This document shows, in pieces, positions 7,453 to 16,427 of a stretch of 45,159 nt of DNA. The notes below the pieces were generated by a model. It saw only the letters and a program-made list of their open reading frames with translations, made no database searches and had not been told where the DNA came from. The position numbers were made by a program, and so were the translations under genes. The stretch comes from Candidatus Zixiibacteriota bacterium (GTDB taxonomy: Bacteria > Zixibacteria > MSB-5A5 > WJJR01): NCBI GenBank assembly GCA_036170655.1, contig JAVHPP010000072.1, positions 1 through 45,159 on the forward strand, read 5' to 3'. Every line of letters begins with the position of its first letter. The stretch's first letter is position 1.

Positions 7453-9941
7453 TTTACGACAATGTTCAGCAGTCGTCCCGGCACATAAATTGTCTTGACC
7501 ACGGTCTTCCCCAGCAGATGCGCGTTGAGCTTCGGCTCGCTTTGGACCGCTGCGATGACTGCCTTCTCATCGGCGTCGGCCGGGACGGTCACCTGACCAC
7601 GAAGTTTGCCATTGATTTGCACGGCGATGACAATCATGTCCGACGACAGGGCGGCTTCGTCAACCACTGGCCACGGCGCCCGAAAGACAGACGGACCAAA
7701 GCCGAGCGCTTCCCACCATTCCTCGGACAGATGGGGCGTCATAGGCGCCAGCAGCCGGACAATGGCGGCGGCACAGACAGCGCGCAGCTCCGGGCGCAAC
7801 TGTTCGCCCGAACCGAGTTCGCCGACCAGCTCCATGACCGCAGCGATGCACGTGTTGAGCTGCAAGGCGGCAAAGTCGCGGTCAATCTTCTTGATGGTCT
7901 GATGAAGTTTCCGGTAGATCGTTCGTTCCGCTGAAGTCAGTCTGCCTACGTCAAAGCGCATATCCGGATCAAAGTGGCCGCGGCCCAGTGCGACGCGCGC
8001 GCCACGAACAAATTGGTCGGCCTTCACGAGAAAGCGCTCGGCTCCGACGATGCCACTGTCGCTCCAGAGGACCTCTCGTTCGCCCGGCGCGGCGAAAAAC
8101 ATCGCGACGCGCACCGGATCGACACCGTGCCGTTCAATGACGTCAACCGGCGAAACGACATTGCCTTTCGACTTGGACATCACCTGTCCCTGTGAGTCCA
8201 TGACCATTCCATGATTGAACAAACGCACCGCCGGTTCGTCAATCGAAAGCCAGCCGATGTCCTTGAGGAATTTCGTGAAGAAGCGGAAGTAGATCAGATG
8301 ACCGGTGGCATGGCTGATCCCGCCCATGTAGTAGTCGATGGGTAGCCAAGCAGCGGCCTTCTTCCGGTCGAACGGGGCCGTCTCGTTGTGTGGGTCGATG
8401 TAGCGCAGGAAATACCATGACGAACACATGAACGTATCCATGGTATCCGGATCGCGCTGCGCAGGGGCGTGGCAGGACGGGCAGGGGACATTCATAAACT
8501 CCGGCACATCGGCCAACGGTGAGCGTCCCTTGGGCAGGAAGTCGATTCCACCGGTGGGCAGCAACACCGGCAGATCACTCTCCGGCACGGGGACAACACC
8601 ACATTTGGCACAATGGATCATCGGAATCGGTGCGCCCCAGTACCGCTGGCGAGAGATGAGCCAATCGCGCAGTCGGAACTGCGTCTGCGCGCGGCCGGTT
8701 CCGTTTTGCTCCAGGTGAGCGATGACGGCATCGATACCCGCTTGACCGTCGAGACCGTCGAAAGGACCGGAGTTGATCATTACGCCCGCGTCTTCGATTG
8801 CCGCTGTCATTTCGTAGGCGGAGGGATCGCTGCCGGCCACCTTGATGACGGGACGAATCGGCAAATGATACTTCTTGGCGAATTCGAAATCCCGCTGGTC
8901 ATGCGCAGGCACGCCCATGAGGCAGCCGGTGCCGTAACCAGATAAGACATAGTCGGCCACCCAGAGCGGTATCTGCCCGCCGGTGACGGGATTTATCACC
9001 CAGACACCGGTATCGACGCCTTCCTTTTCCTCGTTGGCAAGACGCTCCACCGTGAGTTGCGCCTGCGCTTTGGCGACAAAGCGGTCCACCTCGGCGCGTC
9101 GCGCGGCCGGCATCGGCAGGTGCGCCAAGAGCGGCGCCTCCGGCGCGATCGCCATGAAACTGACACCGTAGATTGTGTCTGGCCGCGTCGTGAAGACTCG
9201 AATCTTCGTGCCATCGGCGAGACGGAAATCGATCTCCGCGCCGACCGACTTGCCGATCCACTTGCGCTGGAGCGTGCGGACATTCTCCGGCCACTCGTCC
9301 AGCGTGTCGATGTCGCGCAGGAGGCGGTCGGCATAGGCGGTGATCTTGAAGAACCACTGCGTCAGGTTCTTTTTCGTGACCGGATTACCGCAGCGCCAGC
9401 AGACACCGCCCGCGGCCTGTTCATTGGCAAGCACCGTGTTGCATGACCCGCACCAGTTGACCTCGGCTTCCTTGCGATAGGCGAGGCCATGCCGGAAGAG
9501 TTGGACAAACATCCACTGGGTCCACTTGTAGTAATCGGGCAGGCAGGATGTCACCTCGCGCGACCAGTCAAAGGAGATCCCGCACCGCCGAAGGGTGGCT
9601 TTCGACTGCGCGACATTGGACAAGGTCCATGCCTCTGGGTGCAGGCCGCGTTTGATGGCGGCCTGTTCGGCGGGCAGTCCGAAGGCATCCCAGCCGAAGG
9701 GGTGCATCACATCGTACCCTTCCATCATCTTCTTCCGCGCGATCGCATCGGTCAGCGTATAGTTGCGGAAGTGTCCCATGTGAATATCGCCGGAAGGATA
9801 AGCAAACATCGGCATGACGTAGTATTTCTTTCCGGGCCGGGGAACATCCGGGGCACGAAACAGTTGCATCTCCTCCCAGCGCGCCTGCCATTTGGCCGAC
9901 GGGTCGGGGATGCGTGGCGTGGAGTGTGGGGTGTCGGTCAT
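7449..9941 (-). CDS. leuS: Leucine--tRNA ligase
   Basis: YPSGDIHMGH (HIGH), FGWDAFGLPAE, VFTTRPDT, DWLISRQRYWG, VMSKSKGN (KMSKS), VQINGKLRG. Confidence 0.98.
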   Translation of the reverse strand: MTDTPHSTPRIPDPSAKWQARWEEMQLFRAPDVPRPGKKYYVMPMFAYPSGDIHMGHFRNYTLTDAIARKKMMEGYDVMHPFGWDAFGLPAEQAAIKRGLHPEAWTLSNVAQSKATLRRCGISFDWSREVTSCLPDYYKWTQWMFVQLFRHGLAYRKEAEVNWCGSCNTVLANEQAAGGVCWRCGNPVTKKNLTQWFFKITAYADRLLRDIDTLDEWPENVRTLQRKWIGKSVGAEIDFRLADGTKIRVFTTRPDTIYGVSFMAIAPEAPLLAHLPMPAARRAEVDRFVAKAQAQLTVERLANEEKEGVDTGVWVINPVTGGQIPLWVADYVLSGYGTGCLMGVPAHDQRDFEFAKKYHLPIRPVIKVAGSDPSAYEMTAAIEDAGVMINSGPFDGLDGQAGIDAVIAHLEQNGTGRAQTQFRLRDWLISRQRYWGAPIPMIHCAKCGVVPVPESDLPVLLPTGGIDFLPKGRSPLADVPEFMNVPCPSCHAPAQRDPDTMDTFMCSSWYFLRYIDPHNETAPFDRKKAAAWLPIDYYMGGISHATGHLIYFRFFTKFLKDIGWLSIDEPAVRLFNHGMVMDSQGQVMSKSKGNVVSPVDVIERHGVDPVRVAMFFAAPGEREVLWSDSGIVGAERFLVKADQFVRGARVALGRGHFDPDMRFDVGRLTSAERTIYRKLHQTIKKIDRDFAALQLNTCIAAVMELVGELGSGEQLRPELRAVCAAAIVRLLAPMTPHLSEEWWEALGFGPSVFRAPWPVVDEAALSSDMIVIAVQINGKLRGQVTVPADADEKAVIAAVQSEPKLNAHLLGKTVVKTIYVPGRLLNIVVK

Positions 9942-9962
9942 GGTCGTATTGTTTGGGTTATC

Positions 9963-9998
9963 GTGGACGGCATGGACATCATGGACGGAATGGACAAA
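9963..9998. repeat. 9-nt tandem repeat (RTGGACnnn)x4
   Basis: gtggacggc atggacatc atggacgga atggacaaa in the asnS-leuS spacer. Confidence 0.75.
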
Positions 9999-10012
9999 TC
10001 GGTCGATTGAAA

Positions 10013-11305
10013 TTATGGATACAGGCGCCCGATGGTTCGCGCAAACGGAATGGTTTCGCGCACGTGATCGAGGCCGCAGAGCCAGCCGACGGTGCGTTCC
10101 AGCCCGAGGCCGAAACCGGCGTGCGGAACCGAGCCATACTTGCGCAGGTCCAGATACCAGGCATAGGACTCTTCCGGCAATTTCTGCTCGCGGATGCGTT
10201 CCAAGAGCATGTCATGGTCGTCTTCGCGTTGCGAGCCGCCGATTAGTTCGCCGTATCCTTCGGGCGCCAAGAGATCGTCGCAGAGAACCACTTCGGGGCG
10301 ATCGGGATTCCGTTTCATGTAGAACGCTTTGCATTCGGTCGGCCAGTTGTAGACGAACAACGGCCGGTCGTATTCCTCCATCAGTTTTTCTTCATCGGGA
10401 GCGCCAAAGTCGTTCCCCCACTGGATGGACATGCCCGCCTTGTGCAGGCGCGCAATGGCCTCATCGTAAGTGATCCGGGGAAATGGCGCCTTGATGGCCT
10501 CCAGTTTGGAGAGATCGCGGCCGAGCGCGGTCAGGTCAGGGCACGACTTCTTCAACACCCAATCGACGATGTGGCCGACGAGCTCTTCCTGGAGCTGCAT
10601 GTTCTGCTCGTTGTCGTTGAACGCGACTTCGGGCTCGAGCATCCAGAATTCGTTCAGGTGCTTGCGCGTCTTGGACTTTTCGGCGCGAAATGTCGGGCCG
10701 AAACAGTACACCCGTCCGTGCGCCATTGCGCCGGCCTCGGCATAGAGTTGTCCGGTCTGGGCCAGGTAGGCCTTGCCCAGATCGAAGTACTGGGTCTCAA
10801 ACAAGGTCGAGGCCGTCTCGCCGATGGCGCCGGTGAGAATGGGCGAGTCGAGCAGCACAAAATCGCGGTCGTAGAAGAACCGGCGGATCGCCATGACGAT
10901 CTCGTTGCGGATGCGCATGATCGCATGCTGGCGCGACGACCGCAGCCACAGGTGACGGTTATCCATGAGAAAGCCGGGGCCGTGTTCTTTTGGTGTAATC
11001 GGGTATTCTCCGGCAATCTGGACGACGGAGAGTTCTTTCACGGTCATCTCAAATCCGCCGGGAGCGCGTTTGTCCTCACGCACCGGGCCGGTCATGGTCA
11101 AAGACGACTCCTGGGTCAGACGTTCGAAATCGTCCAGCGCCGAATCGGCTGCCTCCCCCTTGGCGAGCACGCCCTGCAGATACCCGCTACCATCGCGCAG
11201 GATCGCGAACTTGATCTTTCCGCTGGAACGCTTTTGGTAAAGCCAACCGCGCACGGTGACTGTCTGGCCGGTATAATTTTTCAGATCGGAGATGTAGACA
11301 TTCAT
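10013..11305 (-). CDS. asnS: Asparagine--tRNA ligase
   Basis: OB-fold N-terminus, NRHLWLRS, YLAQTGQLY, FGPTFRAEKSKTRKHLNEFWM, GELIGGSQRE, GFGLGLER. Confidence 0.97.
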   Translation of the reverse strand: MNVYISDLKNYTGQTVTVRGWLYQKRSSGKIKFAILRDGSGYLQGVLAKGEAADSALDDFERLTQESSLTMTGPVREDKRAPGGFEMTVKELSVVQIAGEYPITPKEHGPGFLMDNRHLWLRSSRQHAIMRIRNEIVMAIRRFFYDRDFVLLDSPILTGAIGETASTLFETQYFDLGKAYLAQTGQLYAEAGAMAHGRVYCFGPTFRAEKSKTRKHLNEFWMLEPEVAFNDNEQNMQLQEELVGHIVDWVLKKSCPDLTALGRDLSKLEAIKAPFPRITYDEAIARLHKAGMSIQWGNDFGAPDEEKLMEEYDRPLFVYNWPTECKAFYMKRNPDRPEVVLCDDLLAPEGYGELIGGSQREDDHDMLLERIREQKLPEESYAWYLDLRKYGSVPHAGFGLGLERTVGWLCGLDHVRETIPFARTIGRLYP

Positions 11306-12225
11306 GTGATTGACCTCAGTCCGGCAGGGCCGGTGGTATTTCGGTTATCTGCATTGCACGACGGATCATTGATCGGGTCTGCGTGATCCTTCGCGCCGTG
11401 TCTCGACTGTCGCGCACGCCGCCAGTTACCCACGGCAGCGCTGCCGGCATTGAGCGACTCGAAGAGCCGGTTGCGCCAGCGGGACCGCATTGGCCTCTCT
11501 CCCCTTCCGGCATTTGCCGCCGCCCGTAAGATTGTCCGGAACTCGAAGAGACTGGTCAGCGCGCTGACATTGATCCGCGAGATCGCATAGCGGTCACCGC
11601 GGTCCCATGTTGTGCCACCTGTCGCGAACGCGGCCTCGTAGCCAACCTCAGAGGCCGCCTGCCGCACACGCTCATCATGCCGCCCAAACGGATACGAAAG
11701 GAATCGAACCGGATGGTCCAGTTTGATTTCCAACAGACCCTTCGAGTCGCCAAGCTCTGCCGTCAAGGCCGAATCAGACAGCGCGGTCAGGTCGGCATGA
11801 GTCATCGTGTGCGAGCCAAACTCGATTCCGGCAGCGGACCACTCGTAGATGTCATCCCAGTCCATCATCATTCTCGGGCGCCCAAGAAGGCGCACATCCC
11901 AATCATCAGTTGTGCCGATCGATGCGGCAATCAAAAAGACGACTGCCCCCCATCCGCGACGCCGTAGTTCCGGGAGTGCGTTCCGGGCAACAGAAGCGAA
12001 GCCGTCGTCAAAGGTCAGCAGCACTTGGTTCTCGGCAGAGAGAGGATCGCATTGCGGCTTGGCAACGGTCACGCCGCTCTGCTCAATCATCTGCAGAAAA
12101 CGGCCGAAGCGGGCCGGGGTGATCCGGGTGATTTCCAAACCGGTTGGAGACTCGATTCGATGGAAATTCAAGATCAGCACCGTTGGATCCCGGGGTTGTC
12201 GACCCTGGACTGCCGCCGCTCTCAT
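11302..12225 (-). CDS. Polysaccharide deacetylase (CE4/NodB-like)
   Basis: LTFDDGF, GSHTMTHADL, SYPFG motifs; ATGA overlap with asnS. Confidence 0.9.
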   Translation of the reverse strand: MRAAAVQGRQPRDPTVLILNFHRIESPTGLEITRITPARFGRFLQMIEQSGVTVAKPQCDPLSAENQVLLTFDDGFASVARNALPELRRRGWGAVVFLIAASIGTTDDWDVRLLGRPRMMMDWDDIYEWSAAGIEFGSHTMTHADLTALSDSALTAELGDSKGLLEIKLDHPVRFLSYPFGRHDERVRQAASEVGYEAAFATGGTTWDRGDRYAISRINVSALTSLFEFRTILRAAANAGRGERPMRSRWRNRLFESLNAGSAAVGNWRRARQSRHGAKDHADPINDPSCNADNRNTTGPAGLRSIT

Positions 12226-12255
12226 GAAGAATGGAACAAAACGACCGCTGGCTCA

Positions 12256-12332
12256 GTAGGGGCACGGCTTGCCGTGCCCGACTCGATCGCGCCCGCGCTC
12301 ACCCCAGCGGGCACGGCGAGCCGTGCCCCTAC
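12256..12332. repeat. Inverted pair of GTAG-type REP elements
   Basis: gtaggggcacggcttgccgtgcccg (12256-12280) and cgggcacggcgagccgtgcccctac (12308-12332). Confidence 0.85.
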
Positions 12333-12398
12333 AGATCCCACTTGGACAACTGAAACCGGCACGTCGTGCATGTTTCGTGCAATCCTCAGCAATGGCAA

Positions 12399-12421
12399 GG
12401 CCCCGCTCACCGAACGGGGCC
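12399..12421 (-). terminator. Hairpin downstream of tRNA-Ala
   Basis: ggccccg-N9-cggggcc stem; U-tract is weak. Confidence 0.35.
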
Positions 12422-12428
12422 GCAAGTC

Positions 12429-12504
12429 TGGTGGAGCTGACGGGAGTCGAACCCGTGACCTCTTGACTGCCAGTCAAGCGTTCTCCCAACTGAACTACAG
12501 CCCC
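12429..12504 (-). tRNA. tRNA-Ala(GGC)
   Basis: ggggctgtagttcagttgggagaacg-cttga ct GGC ag tcaag-aggtcacgggttcgactcccgtcagctccaCCA; G3:U70 identity pair; 76 nt. Confidence 0.97.
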
Positions 12505-12515
12505 AGCATGGCGGG

Positions 12516-12543
12516 AATATAGGGAGGCCCGGAGCAAAGTCAA
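12516..12543 (-). promoter_or_regulatory. sigma70 promoter of tRNA-Ala
   Basis: TTGACT-N16-TATATT followed by a GC-rich discriminator (cccgcc), typical of stable-RNA promoters. Confidence 0.65.
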
Positions 12544-12588
12544 CGGCGTTTCACGACGAACTGGCGATGGCGTTACCGCACAGTTGTC

Positions 12589-12673
12589 GTAGCACGGGCG
12601 TCTCGCCCGTGGCACCGGCGGGGGAAACTGATTCGCGCGAGCAAAAGATACACGGGCGGGACGCCCGTGGTAC
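12589..12673. repeat. Inverted pair of GTAGCACGGGCG-type REP elements
   Basis: gtagcacgggcgtctcgcccgtg (12589-12611) and cacgggcgggacgcccgtggtac (12651-12673). Confidence 0.75.
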
Positions 12674-12781
12674 AGCGTTGCGCCCGTGCGGTCACATCCG
12701 GCGGGAACGGATTCATCGCAACGACGACGATGGTGCCTTCAAGACGGCACTTCGCTGGCCACATAAATTACAGTTTTCCTC

Positions 12782-12809
12782 TTGTTTTTCTGCTGCGCCG
12801 GAGTATATT
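12782..12809 (+). promoter_or_regulatory. Putative sigma70 promoter for the fibre gene
   Basis: TTGTTT-N16-TATATT. Confidence 0.4.
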
Positions 12810-12911
12810 GCCGCCAGGTGAGGTTTGTCCGCTGCACGGACATGACTGTTCGCGACACAGTTCACTCAACCGGTGTCGTTTCTTCCACGCAGCCATCGAG
12901 GAGGTTCGCTC

Positions 12912-14831
12912 ATGTTCCATCGTACCAGACACGTCATCAGCGCCGCTGTTCTTCTCGGCGTACTGTTCACGCTCGGTTTGGCTCCCGTCTTTGCCACTGC
13001 GCCGGAACTAATCAATTATCAGGGGATTCTGAAAACCGCCAGCGGGAATCCGGTTCCGGATGCAATGTACAGCATCACATTCGGCGTCTACCCGGTCCCG
13101 GCCGGCGGGACACTCCTCTGGACGGAGACACAGAATGTTTCCACGGCGGGGGGACTCTTCACGGTGATCCTGGGACAGATCAACCCTCTCCCCGCTTCGG
13201 TCTTCTCTGATCCCGGCCGCTTCCTGTCCATCGCCGTCTCCCCTGATCCGGAGATGTCTCCACGGACGCCGCTGGTCACCGTTCCATACGCGCATCGCAT
13301 CACGGAGGTTGATGGAGCGTCAGGTGGCTACATTTCTGGCAACGTGACCATCTCCGGAAAGGCAACGATCGGGCCCGGTGAAACAAATTCGGGATTCAAT
13401 TCATTTGTCGCCGGTTCGAACAACACGGCCACGGGGGATAACAATACAATCAGCGGTGGCGACTTATCAGTCGCCAGCGGCGATTTCTCCACGATCGGCG
13501 GAGGCCAGCTCGATTCCGCCCTCGGCACATACGCCACCGTCGGCGGGGGATGTGGAAACTTCGCTGCAGCGAACGCCACCGTCGGCGGAGGCATCGGGAA
13601 CCGTGCAACCACCTTCGATGCGACGGTGGGAGGGGGATACCTAAATGTTGCCAGCGGGGCACGTTCGGCGGTCGCGGGCGGTGACGCAAACGTCGCCAGC
13701 GGCGCCAGGGCGGCGGTCGGCGGCGGCTATTCCAACGGTGCATTCAACGACTTCGCGACGGTTGCCGGTGGAGACCGCAACACGGCCAGTGGGCTAAACG
13801 CCTCAATTGGCGGAGGATCACTCAATTCCGCAAGCGGTGACCACGCCACGGTCAGCGGGGGCACGTTTAACACCGGAAGCGGCAACACCGCCACGGTGGG
13901 TGGGGGTACGTCCAACACCGCAAGCAACCTCACCGCCACGGTGGGCGGGGGGTATCAAAACACCGCGAGCGGCGACCGCGCCACGGTGGGCGGGGGGTTT
14001 CTAAACGCCGCGAGCGGCAATTTCTCCACGGTGGGCGGCGGTGAGAGTAACATCGCAAGCGGTATCTATGCCACAGTGGGAGGGGGACGCTTCAACTCCG
14101 CCAGTGGCGATTACTCTACGGCTGGCGGAGGAGTAAGCAACATTGTCAGCGCCTACGGGGCCACGGTGGCTGGGGGCGGGCCCAACACCGCGAGCGGAAT
14201 ACTATCGACCGTACCGGGAGGGGCATTTAACGTAGCCGGGGGGGACAACTCCGTCGCGGCAGGCGCCAACGCCCATGCGAACCACCATGGTTCCGTGGTC
14301 ATTGCGACAGCAGACCAGTTCATTAATCTAGCCGACTCCATCCGGTCCGGGGGATTGTCACAAATGGTCCTGTACGCCAAGGGCGGTTTGTACATCACTA
14401 ACGCGGCTGGATTGGCGACTTACGATGCAGGCAAGATTATCAACACCCCGGGCGGAGCTTACCTGAGCGGCAACGGGACCACATGGACAAATGCTTCGGA
14501 TCGCAACCGGAAGGAAAACTTCGCCGTCGTCGACCGCTCTGCTCTCTTGAAGAAGATCGCCGCGCTGCCGATCACCCGCTGGAACTACAGAGACGACGAT
14601 CCCGCCGTGCAGCACATCGGCCCGGTGGCCCAGGACTTCCGCGCCCTCTTCGGCGTGGGCAATGACGACAAATCCATCTCCACCATCGACCCGGCCGGGA
14701 TCGCGCTGGCAGCGATCCAGGAGTTGTATCGCAAGTCGCTGGAAATCGATGATCTCCGCGCGCAGTTGAATGAGTTGCGGGACTTGGTGGTGCAGCTCCA
14801 GACACAGCAAGCGGCACCCGAGGTCAAGTAG
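12912..14831 (+). CDS. Secreted fibre/adhesin-like protein with ~18 Gly-rich 15-aa repeats and C-terminal peptidase S74 intramolecular chaperone
   Basis: Signal peptide; INYQGIL N-domain; repeats xASGxxATVGGGxxN; S74 motifs ASDRNRKENF, WNY, HIGPVAQDF; terminal coiled coil; RBS GAGGAGG before ATG 12912. Confidence 0.85.
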   Translation: MFHRTRHVISAAVLLGVLFTLGLAPVFATAPELINYQGILKTASGNPVPDAMYSITFGVYPVPAGGTLLWTETQNVSTAGGLFTVILGQINPLPASVFSDPGRFLSIAVSPDPEMSPRTPLVTVPYAHRITEVDGASGGYISGNVTISGKATIGPGETNSGFNSFVAGSNNTATGDNNTISGGDLSVASGDFSTIGGGQLDSALGTYATVGGGCGNFAAANATVGGGIGNRATTFDATVGGGYLNVASGARSAVAGGDANVASGARAAVGGGYSNGAFNDFATVAGGDRNTASGLNASIGGGSLNSASGDHATVSGGTFNTGSGNTATVGGGTSNTASNLTATVGGGYQNTASGDRATVGGGFLNAASGNFSTVGGGESNIASGIYATVGGGRFNSASGDYSTAGGGVSNIVSAYGATVAGGGPNTASGILSTVPGGAFNVAGGDNSVAAGANAHANHHGSVVIATADQFINLADSIRSGGLSQMVLYAKGGLYITNAAGLATYDAGKIINTPGGAYLSGNGTTWTNASDRNRKENFAVVDRSALLKKIAALPITRWNYRDDDPAVQHIGPVAQDFRALFGVGNDDKSISTIDPAGIALAAIQELYRKSLEIDDLRAQLNELRDLVVQLQTQQAAPEVK

Positions 14832-14843
14832 GGATCAGCGCCA

Positions 14844-14871
14844 TTGACAATCTGTGAGAATTGGCGATATT
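14844..14871 (+). promoter_or_regulatory. Putative sigma70 promoter
   Basis: TTGACA-N16-GATATT upstream of the AGGAGGA RBS. Confidence 0.4.
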
Positions 14872-14890
14872 GAAGAATAGGAGGAACACC

Positions 14891-15496
14891 GTGGAGCGAC
14901 GGATCAGAATAGCAGTTTACGGGACGCTGGCCGCGCTGTGCGTGGGCGCAGTCGCCTACGCGGGGACGGCTCGCATCTCCGCCGGCAAGAGCAATCCCGG
15001 TTCACAAGTCTCAAGCACTGTGCCCTTTCCCCTCGACACCAAGGCGGTTCTTCCCACGACGGCACAGGGAGCGACTCCGGCAAATCCGTCCGCAACTGGA
15101 GCGGCGCCGCTCTACAAGATTGACTGGTATTCGATCAATGGCGGCGGTACGATCAGCGCGTCATCGCCAAGCTATAAACTGGGCGCTTCGGCGGGGCAGT
15201 CGGTCGCGGGCGAGGCGAGTTCCGCCAATTACAACGCGGGGATTGGATTCTGGTATGGCGCCGGTGGGTGCAGTTGCCCGTTCCTGGGTGATCCCGATGC
15301 AACGGGTTCGATCGATGTGCTGGATGTGACCGCGATTCTTGACCGTGCATTCAGTGGAGGGCCGTGCACAACCGACCCTGGTTGTCCCATCGAGCGCTGT
15401 GATTTCGACGGGAATGGCTCGACCGACGTGCTGGATGTCACATCGGTCATCGATTATGCGTTCAGCGGCGGCCCCGGACCGGCGAATCCGTGCTAA
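14891..15496 (+). CDS. Secreted protein with YxIDWxSINGGG...GQ...GFW domain and Cys-rich dockerin-like domain
   Basis: AGGAGGA RBS with GTG start; signal peptide; GDPDATGSIDVLDV / CDFDGNGSTDVLDV repeats. Confidence 0.8.
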   Translation: MERRIRIAVYGTLAALCVGAVAYAGTARISAGKSNPGSQVSSTVPFPLDTKAVLPTTAQGATPANPSATGAAPLYKIDWYSINGGGTISASSPSYKLGASAGQSVAGEASSANYNAGIGFWYGAGGCSCPFLGDPDATGSIDVLDVTAILDRAFSGGPCTTDPGCPIERCDFDGNGSTDVLDVTSVIDYAFSGGPGPANPC

Positions 15497-15539
15497 GGGG
15501 ACAGGGCTAACCTTAGACAATCACTCGTTTGCTGCATTT

Positions 15540-15574
15540 CAGGGGATGATGCCTCGCATCATCCCCTGTTTGTT
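15540..15574 (+). terminator. Rho-independent terminator
   Basis: caggggatgatgc-ctc-gcatcatcccctg perfect 13-bp stem followed by tttgtt. Confidence 0.75.
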
Positions 15575-15625
15575 CTGCCCGATCCTTAACGCCGTTGTGC
15601 CATTGCCAGAGATGTCCACTTTCTC

Positions 15626-15679
15626 GAACTGCGCGGGCTTGCCTGCGCTCTGAAAGCGGCGGCAAGCCGCCGCACTCCA
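15626..15679. repeat. GGAG-type REP-like inverted pair
   Basis: Reverse complement tggagtgcggcggcttgccgccgcttt (15653-15679) plus degenerate partner gaactgcgcgggcttgcctgcgctct. Confidence 0.6.
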
Positions 15680-15731
15680 TATCATCCAGTGCGCGAGACC
15701 AGCACAAGGAAAGCGGGCGCGGGCACGCGCC

Positions 15732-16415
15732 CTATTCCGAGTTCATGATTCGCCGGGGAACAGGTTTTCGAGATTCGGCCTTGTCATCATTGGCGACGTA
15801 ACGCACCAACGGCCAAGTACTCGAACCGATCTGGAGAGCCACGGGGCCTACACCCGGGGCAAACGACATCCCCCATGAATCAGCCCCACAACGCGCTGTG
15901 GCGCTAATCGTCTGGACACTACGCAACACCCCAACACTGAGATTGTAAATGATGCCGTCAGTCCCGGTCACTCTGAGACTGTCGGGAAAGGTGCAGAACC
16001 GGTGGAAAAGCCAGGGATCTCCCTGCACCTTGGAAAACAACATGAACGGACTGTCGGCGCTGAAGTGATCGTCGACGCTTGTCCACAGATCACCAACGGA
16101 GTCCCGGCGCACCCAGATCCGTCGGTCAAGAAAATGCACGAAGCGCAAGACATACCAATGCTGCTGTACGCCCCCGACTGTCCGTACCGAGTCGAAGTTA
16201 ATCCACATCGAATCAAAAGTCGTGTCGGAGCCTGTCGGCTGGTGGAAGAAGACCCACCGGTCTCCCAAGGCCAGCGGGAAGAAGGTGTTGGAAACAGGCG
16301 GGGATTTGTACTTACTGCCGGAACTGCATGAAGAAAGACTGACGGACACCAGCAGCGACAGCCCCAAGAAAATCACGAAATACCGCCCCAGCAGACCAGT
16401 TCGGGGACATGTCAT
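15732..16415 (-). CDS. Hypothetical lipoprotein (paralogue of 16428..17111)
   Basis: Lipobox LSSC; FFPLALGDRW, WVRRD, FAPGVGPV motifs. Confidence 0.7.
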   Translation of the reverse strand: MTCPRTGLLGRYFVIFLGLSLLVSVSLSSCSSGSKYKSPPVSNTFFPLALGDRWVFFHQPTGSDTTFDSMWINFDSVRTVGGVQQHWYVLRFVHFLDRRIWVRRDSVGDLWTSVDDHFSADSPFMLFSKVQGDPWLFHRFCTFPDSLRVTGTDGIIYNLSVGVLRSVQTISATARCGADSWGMSFAPGVGPVALQIGSSTWPLVRYVANDDKAESRKPVPRRIMNSE

Positions 16416-16427
16416 CGGACGAGCGTC

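Noticed and set aside
12355..12382. sigma54-like sequence downstream of tRNA-Ala
   Set aside because: GG-to-GC spacing is wrong on the plus strand and the GG is missing on the minus strand.
12730..12752. Hairpin gtgccttcaagacggcac as another REP family
   Set aside because: Single short copy with no clear partner or head motif.
13425..14262. Regular ~45-bp periodicity resembling a CRISPR array
   Set aside because: It consists of in-frame 15-aa coding repeats with synonymous variation; there are no identical repeats with unique spacers and no cas genes.
12912..14831. Prophage suggested by the tail-fibre S74 domain near tRNA-Ala
   Set aside because: The protein has a signal peptide, no phage or integrase genes are nearby, and it lies on the 5' side of the tRNA with no duplicated tRNA 3' end seen.
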